Source: Antedon mediterranea (taxonomy: Eukaryota > Animalia > Echinodermata). Taken from it: a stretch of 64,000 nucleotides of DNA. Location: positions 13,764,001 to 13,828,000 of the forward strand of contig NC_092672.1 of assembly GCF_964355755.1 (NCBI RefSeq), written 5' to 3'. Position 1 is the first letter of the stretch; each line of letters starts with the position of its first letter. Position numbers and translations under genes: made by a program. This document shows positions 48,591 to 61,000 of this stretch, piece by piece. Under the pieces are notes generated by a model, which was given only the letters and a program-made list of their open reading frames with translations, was not told the origin of the DNA and did no database searches.

Positions 48591-50666
48591 TCTATATTAT
48601 AAATGAGAGAGTTTGTACGTTTGTTTGTCTGTCTGTCTGTCTGTTTGTTCGTTATACAAATTGTTGTTACTGCACGTAACCTTACATATGGGGTATCAAA
48701 ATGACCGCAATTGTACCGGGAAGGTTTTAAACTACATTTCAAAAAGTCCGGGAATTTTAATTTTTTGGAAGAGGGGGGGTTGGGAGATAGGGTGTGAGAG
48801 TTGGGGTTCAGGGGATAGTGGGTATTTTGCTTAGGCTAGGGGTAGTAAGCTATCAAATTGAGCAGAATTGGGGTAAGAAATTGTTAAAGTATTTTAATTA
48901 TCACTGGGAAGGGGCTGGGAGTTTGGGTTGGGGATGTAGCAGGCCTATCACCATGACTGAAACTGTACTGGGAATGTTTTAAACTACATTTAAAAACTGC
49001 CACTGAGGGATTATGTGTTGGGAGTGATGGCTAACATTATTTGTGCTGGAACCGTCTTAAACACATCACCCAGTATCTGGGGTGTGTTGGGAAGGAGGAG
49101 GGGGAGCAGAAATACTGGCGTAATGAAGTAGCCTATATTGGAATTGTACTAAGAAAATTTACTACATTTGAACTGTCCAGGGGAGGAGTTAAGGTTTGTT
49201 GATTGTGGCTGGAATGGTAAGAGGAGAAAGAAGGCTGGAGACCGCAGTTTCAAAACGAGATATTTTAATTATCAGCCAATATGACACCTATTCATTTACA
49301 CAGTTTACAACGTAACTTAAACTATAGGCCAATCATAGCTATGTATACCCCTCTCATTTTGAAGCTAAAGTTGAATTGAATTTGTCCTGCACTGGTAGGA
49401 ATTTATATCGGTATATTTTATTCAAAATTCACATACAAATTACATACATGGCAGCACATGGCTGAATTACATATGTATTACATTATAAAAACTATTTAAA
49501 CTATAGTCACTATCAACAATACATACATATATAAAAACGAATAAATTAGACTGCAGTTACCTCAAATAATACAAGCAAAAAAAAAATAATAAAGTTACAG
49601 TTTGTTCAAAAGTTCAACCATAAAAGGGACAGGACTAGTTTGGAAACGTTTTGTTTTGTAACTATAGTTTTCCATTTTACGATTATGTCTAAGGGTCATG
49701 CAGGATCTATACTGAGGGGCAGGGAACCAGGTGGAGAATTGACCAGAGGGGTGTGCTTTAGAGGCAAAAACCTTGCAAGAGTGCCATCTTCTTGTGTGGA
49801 GTGGTTGAAGATTTAAAATGGCAAGAGAATCCGAGTATGTTGTATACTCATTGCCCAACACAATCTTGCAGACACGCTTCTGAATCTTTTCCACCTGATT
49901 CACCTGTCCCTGCGTAAAGTAAGACCAGCATGCCACAAAGGGGCTGCATACTCAAGCACCGGTCTCAAATAACCTTTATAAACAGAAATAAGTTCATTAC
50001 TATTAAGACCTGCTTCTCTCAACTTACGTATCATAAACATTTTCTTGTTAGCTTTAATACAAATGTTATCTACATGGCTTTGCCACTTTAAATTGTTTTG
50101 AATGATTACACCTAACAATTTAACTTCCTGAACTACAGCCAAAGAGTGATTAGATATATGCAAATCAGGATAGGGGGATATATGTTTACTAAAATTGATA
50201 TGCATTGCAAGGCATTTATTTGGATTTAGTTTAAGTTTATTAATAATGCTCCATTCAAACAGAGTGTCTAAACTAGTTTGAATCGATGTACCACCATTTG
50301 TCCTATTTTCACCAAGTGTGAGGTCGTCTACATATTTCCAGACTTTCATTTTGTTATTATTGATGTTAACTAGAGCGTCATTGATCATAGCCAAAAATGC
50401 TATGGGACCAATGATTGTGCCCTGGGGCACTCCACCCATCAACTCAATCCAATCAGAGTACGAATTTTTATATCGGACTCTTTGTTTTCTTTCCGTCAGG
50501 AAGTCCACCACCCACTGTACGTAATTAATTTTTAAAAAGAGTGTGTGGTTTTATTGAAAAGGGGTGGAGGCTGGTGAGTATAGGGAAATACTGGCGTCGG
50601 TTGTTATGTACTGAGAAGGCTTTAAACTAATTTTTAAACCCGCCTTGGGGCGGGTATAATTGCTAG
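48591..50666 (+). mobile_element. Non-autonomous Helitron
   Basis: A|TCTATATTATAAATGAGAG 5' end with (TGTC)n; 3' hairpin ACCCGCC-TTGG-GGCGGGT then CTAG|T; no TSD. Internal segments also occur at 1573..1790 and 10001..10220. Confidence 0.8.
49410..50518 (-). mobile_element. 5'-truncated L2/CR1-group LINE inside the Helitron
   Basis: GGVPQGTIIGP, KYVDD, LRPVLEYAAPLW and QVEKIQKR in ORFs 49900..50511 and 49595..49936 (one frameshift). Confidence 0.85.
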
Positions 50667-51229
50667 TTAGTGATATTGTAGTAAATAACAGAATAATAGC
50701 ACCTGATGTCTTAACACCCACTCTATTACCCAAAAGACAAAATGGTCTAATAGAATACATGGTGCGTATTAATGCCATACCCATTGAATAGAAAGAATCC
50801 ATAGCGAGAGACCAATACGATGACAAACAATTGGGAGTACAATTAAGAAATCCTTGTTCCGAAAAGATAACAAAGGTCTCAGTTTTATTATAGGCATTTT
50901 GTAGATGAAATAGATACCAATCCCATTGTAGAAGCAAAATGGGAAGTAGTGTTCAATAATGCTGAATTATGTATGAAGTATGGAATAATAAAGTTTAATC
51001 ACATACATAGAATTGCACAATTTAATTTCAAATTACTACACAACATTTAAATGATAAATATGTTTTTAATTAATCAGGTAGAATTCGTCCTTTAATGTGC
51101 AATACCATTCGATTTAGGAAATCATTTGTCCACAACTATATTCATGTTTCCAACTCAACATTTCAAAGATAGTTTGTTTTTTTATTCCTTCTGTAAATAT
51201 AACTTGTTTACTAATATTATAGTTTTAAT

Positions 51230-52225
51230 GTCATCATCATCATCCGTTACGCTATTCGTCTTGGGTAGACATTGCGTACGCTAATCGTTTCCATGACTCT
51301 CTTTCGGTGGTCTGATGGTCTGTCATTAACTTTGCGATCGATGTATTTGCTTTTTAGAGTTCTTTTTTATGTTTCCTATCCAGGTAGTTTTTGGTCTGCC
51401 AACTGGTCTTTTAACTTTTCTAATAGATTCTGTCAATGCTAATTTGGCTGGAGTGTCCATCGGAAGCCTTAGCATATGTCCGGTTCATTTGTATTTTCTT
51501 TTCCTTATTATGTTTGACCATTTTAGTTCTTTTGTTTTTCTGTATAGTTCTATATTTCTGATTGTGTACGGCCACTTAATTTTTATAATTTTTCTTAATA
51601 ATTTCCTATGGAAGCAGTCAATTTCGTCCTCTTGTTTTTTGGTCATTGTCCATAATTCTGAGTTGTACATGAACATGCTTTAGACGTATACATTGAATAG
51701 TCTCATTTTTACTTCTAGTTAAAAGTTTTTGCTTGTTAGAATTTCTTTGTAGTTGTTGAAGGCTGATATTGCGAGTTGTTTTCGGCGTTTCATATCGTTA
51801 TCTGTGTCAATTAGCGATCCTAGATATTTACTTTTTTCCACGATTCTTCTCCTTTTCTTTTGATTATATAATCTTCTGTGTTTTAGTGTTGTTTATGATT
51901 AGGTTTCTGCTTTCTAGTTTCTTAGGTATGGTTTTCTTAACTTCTTCGACTTGTGTTTTTGAATTTGCCACCCATCCGATGTCGTCTGCATATTGTTGAT
52001 CCATTATGAAGAATGATGATTGTGGTAGTTGTTGGTTTTCATCATCGTGTTCCAGTGCTCTTGCAAGATAAAGAGTGAAGAGCACTGGACTCAGGCAATC
52101 TCCTTGTGGAATACCGATGTTAGTTGTAAAAGATTTGCCTACTGTACTACTTTTAGTAGAAGTGAGACCATGTGCAGTTCGTCATCATTCTTGAGATCTG
52201 TTAATAGTTTCCCCCTGTTCATCGA
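51230..52225 (-). mobile_element. Decayed RTE-like LINE 3' portion with (GAT)n tail
   Basis: GIPQGDCLSPVLFTLYL, QQYADDIGW, YNSELWT..FHRKLLR; GATGATGATGA tail near 51232..51244. Confidence 0.75.
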
Positions 52226-52938
52226 ATCATGGTGGCTCTGCAGTTTACAATTAAATTCAATTGTATGTATGAGCAGGGAGTAAAATAAAATCTCCCTGGT
52301 ATGAGGAAGTAATCATATAACATTACCATATCAAATATTGCCATAGGCCTATTCAAACCATTAGAAAAACTCTCTACTTCTCAGACTGATTGTATTTATT
52401 GATGCTCGGGTCATATTAATTATCACGCAACCTCCAAAATGATTTTTATACAAGCTGCCTTGAGAAATACTGCTATATACGGCGCAAACGCAATGCCAGG
52501 CAAGTTTCTACTGTTGCAGAATGTTAAAACATGGTTACATCAAAAAAGTAATGCAAACAACTGTGTACCTCCCAGGGAACTTCTCAGGGAAAAAGATTTA
52601 AAGGACGTACAGAACTACCATATGATGTCATAGTACGTCATATGGGAATTTAAATATGCTAATTAGAATGTTTAATATCACATTTATATCTACTCGTAAT
52701 GCACTTAGGTGGTCTAAATTCAACCGTTAAGGAGATATGGGGCTTCAAAATAGCAAAAGGCGGCCATTTTGAATTTACGCTAATCAACCCACTTCCCGAT
52801 GTCCGATTTTGGTAAACTTTGGATATGATATTCATTTGAACCATATTTACCAGACAAAACAAAAACAAAATCTGTTGCAATTTGTTCTAGGTTCACCCTA
52901 TTTTTGACTTATCTTTACTGGACTATTATTATTTACAG

Positions 52939-53004
52939 GTGGATCGTAAGAAGCTGCACGAGATGGCCGCTATTAAATTACCTGACACTCTTTATGCCAA
53001 ATAA
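52939..53004 (+). pseudogene. Orphan terminal exon of an acyl-CoA synthetase paralog
   Basis: atttacag|GTGGATCGTAAGAAG (VDRKKLHEMAAIKLPDTLYAK*) parallels the last exon at 63106. The 3' UTR is also similar. No upstream exons were seen. Confidence 0.8.
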
Positions 53005-55084
53005 CGTGTTAGTGAAGATTCACATGATTAAAAATAAAATATAAATATAATTACATTGGAATACTTGTACTAGGTGTGTAGATGTAGAATTGAAGCGAAA
53101 GCTACGTCATTATGAAGGAATCAATAATATAGCATGTATATTTGTGTAAAAATATGAAAGAAGAAAATAATATGTTGATATCGTTTAGGTTGGACAATCA
53201 AGCTTATCGTTTCAAAAAAGAAATCTTAGGCTCTCGTCTCGCATGTATAAAATTACATTACAAATGTTATGATGGTATCTGATGATAAATATTCCAACAA
53301 AAAACTGTCAAAAATAATACAATAGATACAAATAATTAGGTAATGTACGAACACATCTGTATTACCAATGAAAAAAGAAATGTAGGTCGCAGAATATGAC
53401 ATTGTGTTTTATCTGCAGAACAAAAATGAGATCGTTATGAGTTATGTTCTTTTGGACGAATGCCTAATACTGCTGCTAACAGTTTATTATTTTAATTATT
53501 TCACTAGTTGCCAATCTTCAAAATAATTTGCTGGTCTTCGAAAGGACATCCGCAATAATAGTATATTGATTATCTTATTGTGTCACGTATACAGTATCTG
53601 ATGGAAATGTTGATATCGGAGTTTGGTATATCTTGTGCCTGTGGACTCGAGACAAATAAAATAAAACTCTTTCACAAAATACCAACACCCGACTTGAGCT
53701 TCACATATGCAAAAGTGAACAAAATATGACAATTTGTTTACATTTTAACTATATTTTCCTTTGATACACAGACAATTCATAATTGTAATATTACATACAT
53801 CAAACAAGACAAGCACTCCAATATCAATTGCCACTCTCTCGAACCAGTCTTTAAATGAACACCGTATACACTAGTCCCAAACTTTGGAATTTATATTTAA
53901 TTCTTAAACAATCGTATAACTTTTTTTTTATTTGTCCAAGGTTCTTTGTACTTTGTTAATATTTGCATACCGTATTTAGATAAAATCTGAAAAAATTGTT
54001 ATAATCTAGACTTGTATTATTATTTTTTTCGACTTTTTAAAATGAGGTATATCATAATATTAGTTTTACAACCTTTATTTAGTAATTTCATCATATTGTA
54101 GTGAAAGACTACACACATGTAAGTTAACAAAACGATGAAAATATGCTAAATTTTAAATTAATATAGATCTTCAGATGCTCGGGAATCCCTATTTTTCATT
54201 TCATTTTCTTAAAGTGTATGTATCATATGTATGATTTATTATAAAATTAAGAGAAAAAAAGTTGATTACGTCATCATTAATTGTATATTAATTCAAACAA
54301 ACTATGACATTTTCTTAGACCGAAATAACAACTTCATCATCATCAAAGTAAAAAATTATGATTCATTTCGGTATGCAATAATCTATCTGCAGCACAATGG
54401 TTACTTCGTACTAACTACATGGAGGAATCTTTCTTTAACTTTTAGTAGTTGTGTTATAGATAGTCTGTGCTCGCGTCTGCATTCAAGGTACCGAGATTGA
54501 GTCCCACCTTGGTGTTATCCGTATTATTTTTTCAATTTTATCTAGAGAAAAAGTAACTTATGTCTTTATTATTATGTAACAAAGTTAGGTTATGACATTA
54601 TACGCGGATGGATCTTTGATCAGATTGTGATACCGGCTATAGTATTTGCATTAGCAATTCAAGATCCTATCTTTCATATTTTTATTTTTTTTTTGTATTT
54701 ATTTATTTAATCACACTCTTGTGAAATACAAGACCAGCCAATTCATGTATTATAAATAATTAAAGATTCTGACAAAATCAATCAATCAACCAATATATCT
54801 TTTAAAAATCAATTATCTGTATTTAAATCAATGCATAATATAACCCACAATTCGTCATAATGACGAATTCAATCTAGTTCTTTATTGTACTTCTTATTTC
54901 ACCACCAACAGTAAGTTGCCTATTTAGTCTTCTTAATTATTTATTCATTGTACAATTTTGGCTATAAAGTTTTATTTAACCAGTAACAAAATAACACGTG
55001 ACAGCGTATGATATGACTGTAAAAATTAATTTGTCTAGTAGAATCATATCTGAGTAGACTCGAAACGTTTGTAACTTTGTCTAA

Positions 55085-58000
55085 ATGTCTTTCTTGAGAA
55101 AAAAGAGCTACGTCCATACTCCCAGTATAAAGCCCTTTATTGGGCTGACAATGCACGAAATGTTGGAAGAGAGGGTAAAGAAAAATCCGGACAGAGAAAT
55201 GCTTGTTTTTGTCGGTGATAATGAACGAGTTACGTTTGTTGAATTCAAGAAAAAGGTGAGCAAATGATTCGAATGTACATTAATGAATGGGAAATCTTGA
55301 TTACTAAATAACACATCGAAATATTTTTGCAATAGATATTATTTAACGTTTACACCATGCACAAATTTGGGATCGAGGCAAATTATCGAAACATTGTACT
55401 AGGTACAGGAAACAAATATGTAGACCACATGTTCTCTATTGGATGCTTCTGCGTTTACAAGGCACATACTTTGAAAAATGTAAACAAATGGACCGCATCA
55501 TTGTCTCGTCTTTTTATGGCGGAAAAAAACAAAAGATCTTACTTTAACCACCTATTATAATTTATATTGATGTGAATCTGATTATTTAAAATATATTACA
55601 TAATAATGTTGTATAATACACATAGGCAGTTTCATTTTATCTTATATGAAATAAGTAACGCACGAGAAGATAAGCAAACAAATATAACCATGAGACATAA
55701 AACTAGACACAGGAGTAAGAAAAGCATTTTTAATATTTTTGTTTTTGTTTTTTTTTTATATTCGTATTTTAAAATAATGTAAATAATCTGTATATAGGGT
55801 ATAAATGAATTATATGTCAAAAAATACTACCGAAAATAACTATACAACATTAGTAAATGTATCTCCTACAGTACATTTATTAGTTAAGTGTTCAGAATTT
55901 TAGATGTTGAGAATTATAGAACAAAAAAATACTAGAAAATTATGAAAAAAGGTGGATAACAGAAAAGAAATATTAATGTTCTGATTCCAAGAACAGTAAC
56001 GTTGATAAAATATAAAAAAAATATATATATAAGATGAGGGCGTATCAATTTGATCTCTGATGCGCGTGCGTACAACTGAGGACTAGTGCTGTTCCGCCGT
56101 ACCACGCCGAGAATGTTAAAGAGTCGCTATCCAATCGAGTTCGAACAATACCATGAAAGCCCCAGTGGTCTAATGGTTAGGACGTCTGCATATCAAGCAG
56201 GCGGTCCGAGTTCGAGTCTCGGTTGGGGCGACTTTTTCTCATTCTAACAGATTTCCTTATCTTTATCGTTTCAAATTAATTAATTAAATTTCAGTATATC
56301 ACCGGGCGGTTTAGAATTAATGTTCTTTGCCTGATTTGTTGATATATATATACCTATATATACCTATACCTATATATACCTATAATATATATTATAAACC
56401 AAACAAAAGTAAGAATAACAATGAATAGTTATTATTAATATTAGAAATAATTGTATTAATCTGTTGATGAAATGAAATGAATAAATAGTGGTTAACGCCA
56501 CAAAAGAGAAAAAAAATAGATATTATTTAATTGTTGTTTAAACTACAGGAACTGTGAATTTTTTTTTTTATATTTAAGATAATAAACTTGGCAGCCGGAA
56601 TCCTACTGAAACTTGGTCTTCGTCGTGGTGATCTTATAGCTGTTATAGGTCATAACCACATAGAATGGCCACTTATTACAGGTGCAGCGAGTGCAATTGG
56701 AGTCGGTGTGGTAGGCACTTCTTTTAGTAAAACAAATTATATCCATTATAGATATTGGTTAGGTTGGTATACTGTAGGCTAGTACCTCGAGTATATTAAA
56801 TGTAGGCTAATTTCTAAAACGTGAATTGTTTGTAATGTAATGCATTATTGTTCTATTCTTTCTTCAGGTTAATCTACTAATTGGTCATACTCATCAAACG
56901 TTAATGAAAGTAATGTCACAAGTAAGATTTTGTGATCAATTTATTGTTGCCTATGACTGATGTTGCTTAATAACATGATTACATGACTTTAGGATTTATT
57001 TAAACGCCACAAAAATGATAAAATAAACTTCCTAGCAATTATTATTTACAGGTATCATGCAAAGCTCTGTTCATAACTCGTAGCCCTGATACACTTTACC
57101 CGATGGTTTGTGAAATGATTCCAGAGTTAAGTGAAAGTATTCCAGGTGACCTAAATTCAAAACAGTGAGTATTTTAAAATTGTATACATTGTATACATAC
57201 ATATGTAACAGTAGACAAGTTTGCTTACTTTACATTGTTTTATATGGTTTCTCTAGGTTCCCTTACTTGAAAAAAGTCATAGCCGCTGGTTTAAATTGCA
57301 AAAGGTAGGTACCGATTACATGTTCATCAACAGCAAGGACATTTGGTTATACTGTAAGTTATCGAAATATTGTAATGTAATTTTTTTATTCAGTGGGATG
57401 CTGAATTTCGATGATATAGCTATTCCGGGACGTGAGATGGAAGTAGCAAAAGCGGCGAAAAAAGTTACAATGAATGACATCTGCCATATTACTATGACAT
57501 CGGTAAACACTATTTCAGTAAAGATTATATTTTTAAAATATTATGTTTGTACCTTTTCTTGAATTAATTGCCCAAGTTTGGATGAAACATTTTATTCTGA
57601 GGTGCAACGTGCATTAAGTACATTAGTAACTGTTTATTATATTATTGAGTACTGGTACATATTATGTACCAATATTTTATAATGTTTTTTTATAAACATA
57701 GGGCACAACAGGATCCCCGAAATTGGTACCGTATACTCATTTCCAAACACTTAATGGAAACTCCTTTCTACCCGATCAGTTTGATGAGAAACAAGTAGGT
57801 TAAAACGTATTTTAGTTTACTAATTTCTATACACAAACGATTAAAAAAGTCAAACGACGAAAACCAGAGTATATGACGATCGAAATAAGAAAGAAGATGA
57901 TAACTATGACATTTTTTTTTTTTGGTCTATTCAAACTTTTTGGAGCTTTTGATTGGTTGCGTATTTGTATCGTAAATAATATAATCTACAAATATGTAAA

Positions 58001-61000
58001 ACAACTGATTAAAATTGCGCGAATACATTGTGGAAAAAGCTGAAAATAAAATATAATAATAACAATAACAATAATGACGACAGCGACGACAACGACAACG
58101 ACAACTGAAATGACAACGTCAACGTTAATATTAATAATGATAATAATAATAATGTAAATATTAATAACAACAACTACCATATAACAATAACAATAACGGC
58201 GACGGCAACGACGACGACGACAACGACAAGGACAACTAAAACGACAACGACAACGTAAACGTTAATAATAATTTTAATAATAATTTTAATGCTAATAACA
58301 ATAACAACAACTACAACAACTACAACAACTACAACTACAATTACAACTACAACTACAATTACAATTACAACTACAACAACTACAACTACAACAACTACAA
58401 CAAAAACTACTAACAACTACAACTACAATTACAACTACAACAACTACAACTACAACAACTACTAACAACTACAACTACAATTACAACTACAACTACAACA
58501 ACTACTTCCAACTACTAACAACTACAACTACAATTATAACTACAACAACTACAATTACAACTACAACTACAATTACAATTACAACTACAACAACTACAAC
58601 TACAACAACTACAATTACAACAACTACTAACAACTACAACTACAACAACAACTACTACAACAACTACAACAACAACAACAACAACAACAACAACTACAAC
58701 AATAATAGCATAGTTATTAGTAACAATAGTAACAATAACAATATTATAACATATATTATGATAATTCAAAAAATGATTATTTGTTTAAATAGTAATGTTT
58801 CTTTTTTAAAACCAAAGATCAACAAGATAGCATTCGTCGGCAACATAGCTTACATTTCGACAACGCTACTTAGTCAAGTATGGCCACTTTTTTTTGGTAC
58901 AACTTCTGTATTTTGTTCACCAGCCTACAACTTTGAAAAGTTTATTCAGGCTTCTGAAGCAGAAAGGTAAAGTATTCACAAACAATTATGCGCGGAATTC
59001 AATAGTTTCCAATTCAGTCAGAGGGCAATGTTAACAGAGCGTGACGAGCATGTCATGTCATCTTCCGTTCCAATCTATTCAATACTGGTAGTTGTATTAT
59101 TACAGTTGTTATTATAGAATAGTTGATCAATTGATCTAAAATTGTTTTTAGATGTACCTTTCTGTCGTTGAGCATTGATGGTGTGGTTAATCTTTTGTAT
59201 AATCCTATTTGTGATAAGTACGACCTGTCATCATTTAAATCAGGTATAATATTACCAGTCTACTAAAAATCTCTTTATAATATGCAAAAACTATGTACAA
59301 AAAACAAATACAATAACCCATGGACCTTGGCTTTCAAGTATATTACAACTCTCGGAGTATAAAACATCCATTGCTGAGCCATAAAGGGTATTTCTCATAA
59401 TGTACATAACCAAATTCCTACTGAGAAACGATACATATATTTTCTGATGTTTTCTTTGACCATCAACATCATCAACCATCAACAAACAATGCACTATTGG
59501 GTAGTGGTAAAGTATGAGTCATACATAAAATGGGTAACTGTAACAAACGTTTACCTTCCTCAAAGCCCTATTATAATGATTCATACATAATTTAAACTCT
59601 TATACTCAACATACTGTACATTTGTAAAAATTGGCCTATTAATTCCTAATATAAATATCTGTTTTGCACGTGAGACAATTTTTTTTTTAAATTCTTTTTA
59701 AGGTTTTATCGCTGGTTCGCCGATACCTCCAGCTCTTATTTTCGAAATGAACACAAAGTTTGGAATTCGTTTGTTGGTATGTACAAAGTATTAAAATTAG
59801 GAGCTTGTTGATAGCCACGAACGTCTGCACATTGTATTAATTAAATTAATTTTAACTCTTTTTTGGCAATAGTTAGAATTGTTTAGACCACTAAAAAGAA
59901 ACACATTTAAACACATAAAATATAATTAAAAATTAAGGAAAGTATCAATCAATTTATTTGGTTAAATATTTAACAATGTTGCCAATGCTAAAAGTAAATT
60001 TTAAATTATCGGGGAAGATATTAGCGAGCTTTAGCAGGAGCACGTATAATGTCAACTATCCCAACAGTCAACTCGCAAGCTCAGTCTACTGTGTAAACAA
60101 ATAGATCTGCTCATGCGCAAGCAATACGAAAACCTTATTTCTGTAAAATAGCGTCAATAAAAACATTAACAGAAAAGTATCGAAACATGGAACACTCGTT
60201 TAAATTCTGCAAAATAGTTAAGAAAACAAAAATGACAAAGTTAAAGTTATGTTTTTAGTCGCGTGCGTGCAACGCGACACTTCAACTCACTATGTCGGTC
60301 GGTTGGTCGGTAAACCCTAACTTGAGCACGCGACTGCAGCCATGTATATGGCCTTGTTGATTAAACCAAACAGGTTGCAATATGCATGATAAAACATGCC
60401 TAGCTAGGCCTAGTATATGTCAAAAGGTATTCCATGATTTGATTTAATACGAGTGGCGTATGTTGTATGCGCTACACCCGCCGTCGAAGCGCGAAATCAA
60501 AACGAACAATTTACGCTGCAAATTAGTAGAATGTTGACGACATCCGTTAAAGTTAACGTTTTACATGCTCTTGCGAATTAAGCTCCCTATTTCTGCGTGT
60601 GTTACGTACATTTTTCTGTTGGCATTTGCATCATGTCAACTATAACAATGTTGGCAAATATTTAAAATTATTTGGAACATTTAACGTAAACCAATTTCAA
60701 CACACACGAACAATAATTGAAAATTAATAAGAAAGTATATCAATGAATACAATTATCGAAATGCTAAAGGGAAATGTTTTTCTTTCTGAGTTTGACATAT
60801 TGCGACTAGTACATTTTTTTTTCTCTTTCACTAGAATTTTTACGGGTCAACAGAAGCCACTATCATCAGTTCATTGACAGTCGATGACAGTCCAGATTTT
60901 TGGAATACATCAGGCCGTACCTTACCCAATACAGAGGTAAAGCCAATTGACTTATTTCTAATTGTCTTATCTCATTCTGTTTATAATAATATTAATAATA

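Larger units (their letters stand above)
48040..51230 (+). mobile_element. Decayed L1/Tx1-like ORF2 C-terminal region, split by a Helitron
   Basis: FLWGK..EGGLNMINF..SWIKRLL before 48590, continuing as ISDIVVNN after 50666. Confidence 0.55.

Noticed and set aside
55048-55075. CTGAGTAGACTCGAAACGTTTG, hammerhead-like, just before the acyl-CoA synthetase ATG
   Set aside because: The CUGANGA core and stem II overlap and cannot both form, and there is no PLE context.
57986-58769. Poly-Val and poly-Cys ORFs
   Set aside because: Microsatellite translations on the antisense strand of an intron.
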